The notes: generated by a model from the sequence alone, not told the origin. A stretch of 64,000 nt of DNA from a virus (IMGVR_UViG_3300037333_000013:32001-96000); one strand, 5' to 3'. Shown: positions 28,980-40,322, counted from the first letter of the stretch. Program-made: numbers and translations.

Positions 28980-30115
28980 TATTTTTTATAGTTTGATGCG
29001 ATATCAATTGTCTTTAATAAGTCCATCAATAATGCATACCTTGAGAATAAAACAACGTGTGTCATATTGTATACGTCGAAGTATGTCGCATCTGGAAACG
29101 ACATTCCCCTCATAACTGGCATTGTTAAGTTTTGTAGCTTTGCTATCTCTTTATTTATATAGATTAACTCCTTCTCTACTTCATCGGTGAATGCTTTTGC
29201 ATCGTTCACGTCGAGTTCGAAGTTCGTTATCTTAAATGCATTTGAAGTTGTTGTGATAGAGAAGCGTTCTGAGAAGTCTACTTTATTTAAAGCTTTCTGA
29301 GCAAAGTTTCTTTCTATTACACCAACAGCAACAAAGTAGAAATTGTTTTGTGCTGTTGATGTTGCAATAAACTTCACATCACCATTATCAATTTCTGTCT
29401 TCATTCCATATATCTTCTTCGGAACCTTAAATTCACTCTCTTTACTAATCACACTTGATGTGAGTTTATCAATCGTTGTTGACTTGCATATCTTTAACAA
29501 CTCTTCTTTAATTGTTTTTGGTTCTTTGTCAGTGTCCCTGAACGTAAGAAGAAAGTCCATCGTCTCGTTCAGTGTATTCAGTTGTTCGGTAATGTCATCT
29601 TTGACGATACTATCCAATAACCCTTTCACGGAAGTGATGTCTTTTGCACGAGCATAAGCTAAGAAAGAACGATTGATATACCCTTCGTGTTTCTTTTCAA
29701 TAGGAACAACTTTCACTGGTAAGTCAGATAGGCGTTTTGATATAGCATCAGCTGGATGTTTCTTCAGTGCTAATGAGAGCCTCTTAGAAAAGTCTCCAGC
29801 ACTCTCCTTGACTTTCTGCATTCCACTCATAATAGAGCGACCAATAGCATCCAATGTCTCGTTCTCCACATCAAAAACTGCACCATATGCATCATCTTCA
29901 ATTTTGTGCTTTCCGAGTACCTTAAATGATACGTCGTGCTTCTCTGCAATTGAGAGTGCTTTATCAATAATGATTTCTTTTTCAACTTCACTATATGATT
30001 CTACATCGCCAGAGAATAGTTCTGATAAAGATGTGAGTTCAGACATCTCACTTAGTGCGTTTAATGTTATAGAGAGTGATGATGCACTCCCTGGATAACT
30101 TACTTTATATTTCAT
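28979..30115 (-). CDS. Internal head protein (gp92/gp93-like position)
   Basis: 378 aa; acidic propeptide with DVE sites followed by an amphipathic helix; gene order. Confidence 0.55.
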   Translation of the reverse strand: MKYKVSYPGSASSLSITLNALSEMSELTSLSELFSGDVESYSEVEKEIIIDKALSIAEKHDVSFKVLGKHKIEDDAYGAVFDVENETLDAIGRSIMSGMQKVKESAGDFSKRLSLALKKHPADAISKRLSDLPVKVVPIEKKHEGYINRSFLAYARAKDITSVKGLLDSIVKDDITEQLNTLNETMDFLLTFRDTDKEPKTIKEELLKICKSTTIDKLTSSVISKESEFKVPKKIYGMKTEIDNGDVKFIATSTAQNNFYFVAVGVIERNFAQKALNKVDFSERFSITTTSNAFKITNFELDVNDAKAFTDEVEKELIYINKEIAKLQNLTMPVMRGMSFPDATYFDVYNMTHVVLFSRYALLMDLLKTIDIASNYKK

Positions 30116-30428
30116 CTATTCCCTCCACAATATTCAATACTGTTTTTGTATCAAACATATCAATCCACTCATATGCCTCTTTCTTAATGTTGTTAATGAA
30201 CATAATGGTTTCGTCTGTCGCTATCTCTTTCTCACCTCTATGATTTAAGAAGTAATTATCTTCTATACGCTTAGTGATAGTATCATGTTTAATACGTTTA
30301 CATAGATTCATCTCTCTAGAAAACATATTGAGTGCTTTTGGTACAGTAGCACCTTTTACAATCTTACCATACTGACTCTGAATAGACTTTACTCTATTCA
30401 CAATGTGATATATCCTACTTACAGACAT
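30105..30428 (-). CDS. Hypothetical virion-cluster protein
   Basis: 107 aa, translationally coupled. Confidence 0.6.
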   Translation of the reverse strand: MSVSRIYHIVNRVKSIQSQYGKIVKGATVPKALNMFSREMNLCKRIKHDTITKRIEDNYFLNHRGEKEIATDETIMFINNIKKEAYEWIDMFDTKTVLNIVEGIDEI

Positions 30429-31297
30429 TATACACCTCTCAGTGATGCTATCTTTTTATCGAGTTTCTGCACACGCTTCTCATAGTATGCAATAGCTTCA
30501 TCTGTCTCAACTGTGACATTCCCACGCTCTTTCTTCTCTCTTAGTTGTAGTAGTTTATACTCGACTAAGTACTTTGTATCTTCTGCTTTATCTGCACGAT
30601 ATAGTTCAAAGTCTACCCACCACTTACCAATCGCTTGAATAGGGTTTCCATTAAATCCATTGATTGGTAATTTAAATATTTTATCGAAGTTAGATGTTAC
30701 TTCATTTAGAACAGCTTCATTTTCAATCACACGTACGTCTGATAGCTTCCTAATGTCATTCATTACTTTTTTCACGTTTCCACGATAGATACGCATCATC
30801 TTCTCATACTTCTCTAAGCCATCTACAATATCTTCCGTTTTCTTCTTGTAGATAATCTGTGTCTCTTCGTTCAAGTTGTAAACAATCAACATCAATAACT
30901 CTGAGTAGTAATTCGCTAATGTATCAATGTGGTCTAATATATCTAACACTGCTGATTGTTTAATAGTGATTGTGTCCTGTATAGATATTTCTGGCATTAC
31001 TTCATCAATCAGTACATACGTCTCTGAAATCATCTCATAGATTGTCTCATAATCTACTTTTAACATAGCAACAATATCTGCCTCTGTTGATACATTGACA
31101 CCATGTGTTGCCAAGAGTTTAATTACTTTTGGTGCCTTTGTTGTTTTGAGTGTATCTTGTATAGAGAGACTATTTACTTTCATTGTCTCTTCTAAGACTC
31201 TCTTTAAAGAGTCTACTCCTATTAGCACATCTCTCTTTTTGATACTGTCAGTTGAACCGACAGACTTTTTAATCTCTCTAATTAAGTTACGTAGCAT
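30428..31297 (-). CDS. Inner-body/head protein (phiKZ gp90-like)
   Basis: GFNGNPI..IG.W followed by a coiled coil ending I.YYE.R..KL. Confidence 0.7.
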   Translation of the reverse strand: MLRNLIREIKKSVGSTDSIKKRDVLIGVDSLKRVLEETMKVNSLSIQDTLKTTKAPKVIKLLATHGVNVSTEADIVAMLKVDYETIYEMISETYVLIDEVMPEISIQDTITIKQSAVLDILDHIDTLANYYSELLMLIVYNLNEETQIIYKKKTEDIVDGLEKYEKMMRIYRGNVKKVMNDIRKLSDVRVIENEAVLNEVTSNFDKIFKLPINGFNGNPIQAIGKWWVDFELYRADKAEDTKYLVEYKLLQLREKKERGNVTVETDEAIAYYEKRVQKLDKKIASLRGV

Positions 31298-31305
31298 TTT
31301 ATCTC

Positions 31306-32385
31306 CTAGTATTGTCTATTTGCTAAGAATTTCAAGATTTCACTTGTGTCATTCTTATCACTCTTCTTCAAGTCTTTATATGGTATGGACATCTCATCTT
31401 CTAAGTCGTGGATAAATATATCTGCCATCTCATAGTTATCGTCCATTGAAGCAAAAATCATTGACTTTGTAAATTCGAGTACTCTCTCTTTGTATCTCTT
31501 TTTACTCATATTTCCACGAACTAGCTTCTCGATACGCTCACGTTCATAGCTATTCGTATTGATACACTGGTAGAATCTAGCAAACCCCAACGCTTGCTTT
31601 TGTGCGAGTTTTGATACAGATACCATTTTCCTCTTATTCACAGCTAAGAGTAAATCATCTTTATCTTTAAGTCTATCTTCTTTATACTGTTTAATAATAT
31701 CAAGTGGTACGAAGAAGTTGAATGTAGAGATAACACCAGCTTTCTTATCATCCCACCTACTACTAAGTGAATTTGTATCACCTTCAACTTCTACCAGATT
31801 ATAGATAGATGATGGCTCTACATACTGTACACTTGCTGAGATAAGTACTCTGATTTTAATCTCCCTACTCTTCCCATTGTCTCCCTCTAAGTTTGCTGTC
31901 AATATCGCTTCTCTAAATACCTTTGTGATAGGTTTCTCTTTATCTAGTGTATCTCTTTCAGCATCTATGTTTAGACCTTTAATACCATTGTTTAAGAAGT
32001 TGTTTGCTCTCACCACATCTTTACTTGGTTTACCGAGACTGTATCCGTCTGACTCTGCACTTATCTTATCTGCAAACATATCTTTACTCGCTAATATTTG
32101 AATAGCGAACTTAGCATCTGCACCATAGACTTCTAACATGACATTAAAAGCTGTTCTAATAATTGATGAGAACATATCTACTTCTGCTGTGACGAGCTTC
32201 TGTATATGTTCATGTCCCTTTAAACTTGTTGAGATTTTAATCTGCGGTTCAATAATGAACTGTGATAAGAAACGTGTTGCAGAACCTCTCGCTAACATTA
32301 AATCAACTTCAACGTTTTCTTCCCCATTGACGATATCTACTGCTTTAAAAATAGACGCTGCTGCATCTAGGAACGATGTAACCAT
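31306..32385 (-). CDS. Inner-body/head protein (phiKZ gp89-like)
   Basis: IEP, RW...KAG.I....F...DIIK.Y motifs; gene order. Confidence 0.7.
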   Translation of the reverse strand: MVTSFLDAAASIFKAVDIVNGEENVEVDLMLARGSATRFLSQFIIEPQIKISTSLKGHEHIQKLVTAEVDMFSSIIRTAFNVMLEVYGADAKFAIQILASKDMFADKISAESDGYSLGKPSKDVVRANNFLNNGIKGLNIDAERDTLDKEKPITKVFREAILTANLEGDNGKSREIKIRVLISASVQYVEPSSIYNLVEVEGDTNSLSSRWDDKKAGVISTFNFFVPLDIIKQYKEDRLKDKDDLLLAVNKRKMVSVSKLAQKQALGFARFYQCINTNSYERERIEKLVRGNMSKKRYKERVLEFTKSMIFASMDDNYEMADIFIHDLEDEMSIPYKDLKKSDKNDTSEILKFLANRQY

Positions 32386-32467
32386 AATAATCCTTTTCTA
32401 TTTAATCACGAAAAACGTTAGATGACCACCAGACACTTCATTGACATATCCATATAAAGGAGATATA

Positions 32468-33526
32468 ATGGCAAATTATGATTTGTCAGATGACGAAGAT
32501 TACATAAAGAGTATCATCGATACATCTACGTTTTCTAAATACGAAGATGTACAACTTCTAAATGCATTAAGAGGACACTCTAACATACCTATTACATCTA
32601 TGCCACAGATGGAATCAGATGATATGATGTTTGTCTATTTTACACGACCGAACTTAAATCTTAGTGACTTATCACTTAGTCGCAATAGAAGATACCAACA
32701 TCATACATCAAAAGAACCAAATGAGATGAATAATTTGATACGTGCAACATTATCACCGTATGAAGTAAAGATGGGTCTGGTTAGCAATATTGCAAATACC
32801 AACTCTCCATTTATCCCAATGCTCTCGAATACACTATTGGAGTTATCTGGAATGCCTGACGAAGTGATTAAATCTTGGGACTCACCAGCCGGTATGGTGG
32901 GAGAACAATGGGGACACGCGAACAGTACCATTGAGTTTAAAGGGAGTATAGAGATAAACCTCACATTCCAATCTATTGCTGGTGGACCTGTTGCAAAGCT
33001 ATTTGACGTATGGACTACGTATGAATCTGATGTACGTTACGGTAGGTTAATGCCACACCCATATTGCATTGCTTCTAGAGAAACAGATTATTTCTCAGCT
33101 ATCTATATACTTATTCTTAATGCGAACTTTAAGATTAAACATATTGCAAAGACGAGAGGATACCCCATTGCTAACCCTAAGGGTGAGAAGTTTACTTATC
33201 GTAGAGGTGAAGATGTCTCTGGAAAATATCCAACGTTTCAAACACGTTTTAAATGTTATGGTGTTGACTATGATGACCCCGCACTGCTCCAAGAGTTTAA
33301 TACATCGATGATGGCGTTTAACAGTGATATTAAATCAACCGTTTTGAGTAGTGATAAATCTGTTGTGGAAGTACCTGCTAAGTTTAAAGCACTCTTCCAG
33401 AATGAGTGTTACCCATACATCGACTTAAGATATAATACATTAGAATTCTTACTTCCTACAAGTAAGTTTGAAGTAAAAGATAAACCACTCAATAATGTGG
33501 ATGAGGAGAAGAAAGATGACAATTGA
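32468..33526 (+). CDS. Tail-tube-like/baseplate virion protein (phiKZ gp88-like)
   Basis: YFTRPNLNLS, PFIPMLSN...LSG.PD, DY...IY motifs; ATG 32468 has an AAGGAG SD. Confidence 0.7.
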   Translation: MANYDLSDDEDYIKSIIDTSTFSKYEDVQLLNALRGHSNIPITSMPQMESDDMMFVYFTRPNLNLSDLSLSRNRRYQHHTSKEPNEMNNLIRATLSPYEVKMGLVSNIANTNSPFIPMLSNTLLELSGMPDEVIKSWDSPAGMVGEQWGHANSTIEFKGSIEINLTFQSIAGGPVAKLFDVWTTYESDVRYGRLMPHPYCIASRETDYFSAIYILILNANFKIKHIAKTRGYPIANPKGEKFTYRRGEDVSGKYPTFQTRFKCYGVDYDDPALLQEFNTSMMAFNSDIKSTVLSSDKSVVEVPAKFKALFQNECYPYIDLRYNTLEFLLPTSKFEVKDKPLNNVDEEKKDDN

Positions 33527-36344
33527 TATATTAGAGCTTGACCCAGTATCTGTTCAATCTGGACTGGTATCTGCGATTGAGTCGAATGACTTTATTATGG
33601 AAGACCCAACAAATCCATTGGCTATGTTACTAGAGGCAGAAGTATCTGGAATCACGGATGTCAGTGACAGTATCATAAATCTAGAGAGGAGATTGTTCCC
33701 AGCGATGTCTAGGACATTCGAAGACTTGTATCCTCACTTAGTCGATGGTGACGATATCGATATGTTTGCATCACCATCATCTACGAGTGTCCGTATGTTG
33801 ATAGAAGTGCAGACACTCTTAAATTTTGGTGTAAAAAGTGACTTTACTTATACCGCTATTATACCAAAAGAGTCAAATGTTGTGGTTGATGACGTTTCAT
33901 TTATGCTTGTGAATGACGTAAAGATAATTTTAAATACGAAGAGAGATATCTACAATGCCTTTGTCGAGTTATTACACGATGGTGACAGTGTAGAATTTGA
34001 CGATGTTGGTGCGTTGCAGACTTCTATTGTTACAGATTCAAACAATGTAGACTGGGTAATGGCAGATATACCCGTGAAACAATTAGATGTCATTATTGCG
34101 TCAGCTAGGATTATCTCTGGATATACGTTCGATAACACACAACCTTATCTAGGACAATTATATCATGTAGAGGTATATGGAAAAGACTTGAATGGTAACA
34201 CTTTTACTATTAAGAAGACATACAGTGAAGACTACTATGACCCAACAGAACCCACTGCATTTATACAACTAACTGATGATGGTTTACGTGTGCGTGTAGA
34301 CAGTATCTATTGTGGCAGTAAACTACGTGGCAATATCACCGTAAAGATATGGACAACAAATGGTAAGCTATCATTAGACTTATCTAACTTCGATACTGAT
34401 AGCTTCTCATTTATGTTGGGTGGTGTAAGTGATACTGTTGAGAAGAGTGTCAGCACAAAGTTAAATTATATTGTCTTTTCAAATAGTGTTGTGAATAGTG
34501 GCGTTGACACACGTGACTTTGAGACAGTTCGTGGTATGGTCATTAACAGAACAAACGGTAAAATGGACGCAATCATCACAGACTACCAAGTAGGTGTCTC
34601 TGGAAAGCAGTATCAGTTTGATATACATAAGTCAACTGACTTAATTACGAATCGTACATATATAGCTTCTAAAGTTTACGACAACAATAGTTTAATCGAC
34701 GCACCCACAACGGTATCAAACTTCCGTGCTAAAGTATGGTATGACGCACTGCGTGTAGATGATAAACTTATTGTTGATGATAACTATACGTTAATAAAAC
34801 CAGGTAAACTGTTTGAAGTAACAAATGGGTTATGTCAGCCTTTACAAAATGAGGTATCGGATAAATTAAAAACGCTTTCTAATGTTGAGAAACGCACGTT
34901 ACTAAACAATACAGAAGTTTTCTTTACACCATTCCTTTATATCACAGAGACAGATATTGGTGTAATAGAGAACCGTGTGTATCACATCGATACACCAAAA
35001 GCTGATTTCTTAACGATAGATGCAAAGAACACATTTATCAATATCTCTGTGAATATTGTAGATATTCATATCTTTCGTAGTGGTGATGGGTATGATGTAC
35101 TCATAGAGTTGGTTGGTAACAGTGACTATGAGAACGATAAATCGAATATTGGCATACAACTCAAGCTCTCTGGAGAGGTTGGTTCTACTTATTACCATTC
35201 TGCGATTGATGATGATAAAACATCACAATACTTCCCAACACAAGCAGGAATGCACTATATCCGTATTGACTCTTCATTATTCATTAATGAGAACGATAGA
35301 ATGGACCTGTCAAATGGGTATACTGATACTGGAATTGCTGACGTAATGATTAACGATACTGCGTCTCTTATCATATACACTACAAATGACAGTATTGATA
35401 CTTCTTCTGACACAGATGCATCAAACTTCTTATCGGATACAGATATTGTAAACAATGATGATGTAACATACGGAATTACAAAAGAACACGTTACGTTAGA
35501 GTTCGCTATTAAACTTGAACATATATGGAATAGGGTAAACCAAATTTACAATGGAAACAAATACAAAGTATATGAAAATGATGTTGAAGCAACATACGAT
35601 AAAGATATTTATGAACTAGTAGATGGAAGACCTTTTACAGTTATCAAGAATGATGATGGTAGTTGTGAGATAGATAGAAATATTATACACACAAAAGGAG
35701 ACACGATACTAGATGATGATGGAAATATTGTTTATGTGCACAGACGAGGCGACATCATCTATGATGAGTTTGGCGACCCTATCATTGACACAAGATTAGG
35801 AATCGTAAAGTATATTGATATCTTAATGCTTGAGTATAAGTATGTTGCATTCAACAACGTCTCTTATATTGCACACATCGATGACATTATAAAGAATATC
35901 CTCACAGATACGACAGAGTACTTACCAGAACTCACGAATAAATTACTAGAACGTACAGACATATTTTATAGACCTATACGAAATACGAACTATGTAATTA
36001 GTGCTAGTGATGTGATTTATGACACTATTATTTCACCAGTTGTGACATTATACATCTCTAAAGATAAAGTGTTTAACTTAAACATCGATGAACTACATAC
36101 GTCTATTGGCTCTCTATTAAACGATGCATTTAGTAACATTGATATTAATATCAGTGTATTGGAAGAGAACATTAAGTCCTCTATCAATACAGATATACTT
36201 GCTATTAACGTAAGTGGATACTCTCCTAAGAATGAGAAGCTCATACACCTCAAGTCTGACTCTAATCGTTTTTCTATCAAAAAGACAATTACGAATGACT
36301 ACTCAATCACATATGATTATAAACTTGAAATAGAGACACTATGA
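33516..36344 (+). CDS. Large baseplate/virion structural protein (phiKZ gp87-like)
   Basis: About 940 aa; DPTNP...LLE, P......DLY.H, YDPTEPT, D.ITNR.Y.AS, H..GD...D..G repeats. Confidence 0.75.
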   Translation: MTIDILELDPVSVQSGLVSAIESNDFIMEDPTNPLAMLLEAEVSGITDVSDSIINLERRLFPAMSRTFEDLYPHLVDGDDIDMFASPSSTSVRMLIEVQTLLNFGVKSDFTYTAIIPKESNVVVDDVSFMLVNDVKIILNTKRDIYNAFVELLHDGDSVEFDDVGALQTSIVTDSNNVDWVMADIPVKQLDVIIASARIISGYTFDNTQPYLGQLYHVEVYGKDLNGNTFTIKKTYSEDYYDPTEPTAFIQLTDDGLRVRVDSIYCGSKLRGNITVKIWTTNGKLSLDLSNFDTDSFSFMLGGVSDTVEKSVSTKLNYIVFSNSVVNSGVDTRDFETVRGMVINRTNGKMDAIITDYQVGVSGKQYQFDIHKSTDLITNRTYIASKVYDNNSLIDAPTTVSNFRAKVWYDALRVDDKLIVDDNYTLIKPGKLFEVTNGLCQPLQNEVSDKLKTLSNVEKRTLLNNTEVFFTPFLYITETDIGVIENRVYHIDTPKADFLTIDAKNTFINISVNIVDIHIFRSGDGYDVLIELVGNSDYENDKSNIGIQLKLSGEVGSTYYHSAIDDDKTSQYFPTQAGMHYIRIDSSLFINENDRMDLSNGYTDTGIADVMINDTASLIIYTTNDSIDTSSDTDASNFLSDTDIVNNDDVTYGITKEHVTLEFAIKLEHIWNRVNQIYNGNKYKVYENDVEATYDKDIYELVDGRPFTVIKNDDGSCEIDRNIIHTKGDTILDDDGNIVYVHRRGDIIYDEFGDPIIDTRLGIVKYIDILMLEYKYVAFNNVSYIAHIDDIIKNILTDTTEYLPELTNKLLERTDIFYRPIRNTNYVISASDVIYDTIISPVVTLYISKDKVFNLNIDELHTSIGSLLNDAFSNIDINISVLEENIKSSINTDILAINVSGYSPKNEKLIHLKSDSNRFSIKKTITNDYSITYDYKLEIETL

Positions 36345-36366
36345 TACGGCAAATGCCGTATCATAG
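36339..36366. terminator. Hairpin between convergent genes
   Basis: CTATGATACGGC-AAAT-GCCGTATCATAG. Confidence 0.75.
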
Positions 36367-36367
36367 C

Positions 36368-37702
36368 TTACTCTTCTGAATTTGTTATCTTCTCAATCTT
36401 TTCTGTTAGTATCTTAATATTGTCATTTAGCTTCTCTAACTCTTTTACAGCAGACGTCACATCTTTCTCACTCTTTAAGTGTGCATTCCCTACACTAATA
36501 AACTTTGTTACAGGTATAGATGCGTTCTTAATTAAGTTGGTTAAGTAGATGCGTTTTGCATCATCTTCGTTCTTTACTTTGTCTGCATTAATTGTATCTT
36601 TCATTCTCCCATAGAGGGTCTTATAAAACTTCTTGTCATTTTGACGTTTCTCAATGGCTTTCTGATATGATTCGAATGACTTCTTGTTTGCAACCACCGC
36701 ATCTAGGAACCTCACTCTATCCGCACTAATCCTATCGAACTCTGCACTATGCTTTTTCAAATCATCTTTACCTACGTCTTCGAATGATATCTCTGGTATC
36801 TGTACATTCTTCATAATTGTTGCACCAACCATACGTTTGTTCAAGTAGAGTCCACGTTGTACACAAACAAGTAGTTGTATAGAAGTGTTATTTACAGATG
36901 TTAGTATTGTTGAATATTCACTCTCATGTATGATTGCTTTATGGTTAAAATCTTTCGTGATTATCTTTTCATAATCGAAAATACCATCATCGTCTAAGAA
37001 TAACATATCGCAAAGCCTTATGTAGAATTGCAAGTGAGTTGTGAGTTCTTTATAGACACTCTTGATACCTAGTATCTTTTCTACCTCTTTTGTATGTGAA
37101 ACTAACTGCACTGTCTTTGAGCTTGTTGACTTCATTAGTTGTTTATGTTGCTCTTTGAGTTGGTCAAGCTCTTCTTTTAACTCTTCTAACTTTGTCTTCT
37201 GTTCCTCATGTGTCTCTTCATTAGTCTCTGTACGTATGATTTCTTCAGCATCATTAATAGCTTCTTCTGCTTTATCAGTTGCATCTTCTACATCTTCGGA
37301 CTCTTGTACAATATCGTCAGCTGATTTGGTGGAGCCACCACCACCACCACCACCAGAGCCACCTCCGAATAGACCCATAATAAAGTCAATGATAGCTTTA
37401 AAGAAACCTGCAATAGCACCAAAGATAGCACCAAAGAATCCCTCTGCATCAAGGTTGTTCAGTTCCCTCAAGTCATCTATCTTTACAGAGTACTCTTCCA
37501 TTACAAGGTTTAAGTGTTCTCTCGCAACGAGTACTTCCTTTGATGTACCGTTATCAAGCATATCCAGAGATGTTTGAAATCCTGTATCTACTAACATCAT
37601 TAGAGATGTCATTGCATCTTGCTCTTCGCAGAGTCTATCCAACTCCTCTAGGAACTTTCTATTAGACTCTCTCTGTTTAAAATACGAAGCGTTGTAAGTC
37701 AT
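36368..37702 (-). CDS. Internal head/ejection protein (gp86-like position)
   Basis: LDAE|GFFGAIFGAIAGFFKAIIDFIMGLF amphipathic helix, poly-Gly linker, coiled coil. Confidence 0.6.
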   Translation of the reverse strand: MTYNASYFKQRESNRKFLEELDRLCEEQDAMTSLMMLVDTGFQTSLDMLDNGTSKEVLVAREHLNLVMEEYSVKIDDLRELNNLDAEGFFGAIFGAIAGFFKAIIDFIMGLFGGGSGGGGGGGSTKSADDIVQESEDVEDATDKAEEAINDAEEIIRTETNEETHEEQKTKLEELKEELDQLKEQHKQLMKSTSSKTVQLVSHTKEVEKILGIKSVYKELTTHLQFYIRLCDMLFLDDDGIFDYEKIITKDFNHKAIIHESEYSTILTSVNNTSIQLLVCVQRGLYLNKRMVGATIMKNVQIPEISFEDVGKDDLKKHSAEFDRISADRVRFLDAVVANKKSFESYQKAIEKRQNDKKFYKTLYGRMKDTINADKVKNEDDAKRIYLTNLIKNASIPVTKFISVGNAHLKSEKDVTSAVKELEKLNDNIKILTEKIEKITNSEE

Positions 37703-38351
37703 TGTATTTATCCTTTCTTGGTTTTTTAGCCATCAGTAATGACGTGATGAATTGTATCATATTTACCTCACACGGTGAAAGCTCTTTACACCCCTCACCT
37801 TTAAGTAATCCATCAATCGTGTACCCTAACTGTGCTAATCCCCCCTCACCACGTATCTCCTTTAGAACGAATACCCAATCTTCAAGTGTCCAAGAGGCAT
37901 ACTTATCTTCATAAGATGCGACGGCTTTATTCAAGTCTGTCTCTACTTCATTCCCAAACACATCTATCAACAACGCTTTCTGTGCAAGCACATCTAATGC
38001 TCTAGACCTCATCATAAGGCGAGTCTTATCATCTTTAATAAAAGACATAGACTCCAAAATCTCATAGTTCTCTAATGACAGTTTTGTTTCGAGTGACCTT
38101 TTAAACTTCTCTTTAATCCGTTCGTACTTATCCACTTCTTCCTTCATCTCCATAGGAGTGAGTTCTTTTGTCCCAAGATACTCTTCAATCACCTCCTCGG
38201 TTTCTACAAAGTTTACCCTCGATTTGTTTCTCGTGTATGAACCTTTTGGTATCATTTCGAATAAGAACCCATTTGTCTGTTCATTCAGTCTCATTGCATC
38301 TGAACGAGAGATAAGACCGTTATCTCTACATGCTCTAAACATACTTCCCAC
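37677..38351 (-). CDS. Virion-cluster protein
   Basis: 224 aa; ISR.DA...SYT...S.VN. Confidence 0.6.
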   Translation of the reverse strand: MGSMFRACRDNGLISRSDAMRLNEQTNGFLFEMIPKGSYTRNKSRVNFVETEEVIEEYLGTKELTPMEMKEEVDKYERIKEKFKRSLETKLSLENYEILESMSFIKDDKTRLMMRSRALDVLAQKALLIDVFGNEVETDLNKAVASYEDKYASWTLEDWVFVLKEIRGEGGLAQLGYTIDGLLKGEGCKELSPCEVNMIQFITSLLMAKKPRKDKYNDLQRFVF

Positions 38352-38745
38352 CTGATACGATTGTTACAACGTCTTCCATAATAGACGGTAAGTATAGTGA
38401 TAATCTTTCTGCTTCTACAATCTCCTTGTGTCTCGCAACTCTTTCATACGACACCCCTCTCATACGCCATTCATTAAGCTTCTCAAAAATCATAATCGTC
38501 AATAAGTTGTATACTTCCGACTTATTCACATCATACCCTACTCTTTTGACGGAATCGTCTACTACATTGTTAATCGCCTGAATATCTGTTTCAGAAACAT
38601 CTCTACCATCAACATATCTACCTGCTATTAACTGCCTAATTGTCGTTGTATTGAACAGAACCAAAGACCACGCATAGTATAACACTTTTGCATTATCATT
38701 TCCCATTGACTCTAACTCGAATAATCTTAATACTTCTTTTCTCAT
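38335..38745 (-). CDS. Virion-cluster protein (gp85-like position)
   Basis: 136 aa, coupled ORF. Confidence 0.55.
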   Translation of the reverse strand: MRKEVLRLFELESMGNDNAKVLYYAWSLVLFNTTTIRQLIAGRYVDGRDVSETDIQAINNVVDDSVKRVGYDVNKSEVYNLLTIMIFEKLNEWRMRGVSYERVARHKEIVEAERLSLYLPSIMEDVVTIVSGGKYV

Positions 38746-38751
38746 TTCTGT

Positions 38752-40302
38752 TTACCTTTGTAGTAGTTTTTTAAATTCTCTGCCTCTGACATGGAAGTCA
38801 TTTTCCATAATCTCCTCAATGTTCATAAAGAACTTTGCTGTACCGACATCCTTAGACTCCAATAATACTAAGTGACTTACCAACCTGAAGAATCCCCTAT
38901 CATTTGATATCTTTGTCATTAAGAGTTCTATTTTCTTAATCTGTTTCAAGTAGTCGTCTACTGTATCTTCTGATAAGTCATAGGTTCTCATCTGACGAAT
39001 GATATCTAGTTTCACACGTTTGAAACGCTGTTTTAAATCATCGTAGATTGATTTGCTAGAATATGACCCAATATAATCGTGTTGTTCAATTAGCCCTAAT
39101 TTATCAGCAATCTTATCGCTTCCTAGAAATGAAATGGTTGAACCATTTGTTATCATCTTGTACACTACTTTTAATAGTATTACGAGTATGATGACCGGTG
39201 AGAGTGCTGCGATAGATATCAATATCGAAGCCACCAATACCAATGTCAACAATAAGAATAGATATAGCTTCATCATCGCAATGACAAAGTTAAAGAACTG
39301 TTTGAAGTCACCTATTACAGTACTCTCTTTATTCTCTGTATCGATGTTATAAAACATTGCGAGTGCTGTCACAAGCTCTTTCCCATAACCAAATCGTGTG
39401 GAAAATTGGTCTGCTGTTGATTCATTGTTCTTGATGAGGTACTTATTATCATTATACATAACTGTATCATCTGTGAACAATTGATAGAACAAATCATTTG
39501 CATTCTTAAACTTTCTATTATAGAAGTTCTCTGCTAAGTCGACAACCTCTTTCTCATTTGGTTTATTGTTTACCAGTGCATCTGCTGTTGTCATTACTGT
39601 CGTAGCCATTTGATGCATCGTGGAAATCATATTAAAGGAGTGACCAACCTCGTGTAATATAATTGCCATAATCTGTCTTGCTGTCATCTTATGCTTGAAG
39701 TATGTTCTGAACGGTATTCCTATAAACGACACCACGTCTTTACTCAACCCATGTATCTTCATATTCTTATAGTCTACTCTAAAGTTACCTGTAAAAAGTG
39801 CTTTCTCTAACTCAACCATTCCCTTATGCACAGAACTATAAATCGCTTCTGTCTGATTACTCCTAGTGACTTTATCTATCTTGTTTTCTGCTTTGATATT
39901 GTATTCATCAAACGCTAGCTTTAAAAATTCATACGTCTTAGCCCCGGTTACATTTACGATATTAGATTGTGGTGCTGGTGTTACAATACAGTGTGCACCA
40001 TAGTTTGTACCGTAGAACTTATAAGTAATACCAACTCTTTCGGTCAGAATATTTCCTGCTTTGGTTAACAACTCCTTTGTTACTCTATCTTCCATCACTT
40101 TCATATTTTGTGGAAGCTTACCACGGATATAAAGCTGTTCCATCTCATCCATTATTTTCTGGATTGCTTCTATATCTTTATCATTCTCAAAAGCTTTTAT
40201 AGCTTCTGTGTCCAAGTGTGCCGTCTGTCCTGCACGTATCATACTCTCTATCATTATATGTCCTTTCAATAAGTCATAAAAATCAGGTGTTGCTATTTTC
40301 AT
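38752..40302 (-). CDS. phiKZ gp84-like head protein with M48-type zinc-metalloprotease motifs and a membrane segment
   Basis: AIILHEVGH, ESTADQFSTRFGYG.EL..AL and a hydrophobic stretch of about 35 aa. Confidence 0.7.
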   Translation of the reverse strand: MKIATPDFYDLLKGHIMIESMIRAGQTAHLDTEAIKAFENDKDIEAIQKIMDEMEQLYIRGKLPQNMKVMEDRVTKELLTKAGNILTERVGITYKFYGTNYGAHCIVTPAPQSNIVNVTGAKTYEFLKLAFDEYNIKAENKIDKVTRSNQTEAIYSSVHKGMVELEKALFTGNFRVDYKNMKIHGLSKDVVSFIGIPFRTYFKHKMTARQIMAIILHEVGHSFNMISTMHQMATTVMTTADALVNNKPNEKEVVDLAENFYNRKFKNANDLFYQLFTDDTVMYNDNKYLIKNNESTADQFSTRFGYGKELVTALAMFYNIDTENKESTVIGDFKQFFNFVIAMMKLYLFLLLTLVLVASILISIAALSPVIILVILLKVVYKMITNGSTISFLGSDKIADKLGLIEQHDYIGSYSSKSIYDDLKQRFKRVKLDIIRQMRTYDLSEDTVDDYLKQIKKIELLMTKISNDRGFFRLVSHLVLLESKDVGTAKFFMNIEEIMENDFHVRGREFKKLLQR

Positions 40303-40322
40303 TAGTGTATAAAAGGATAAGT

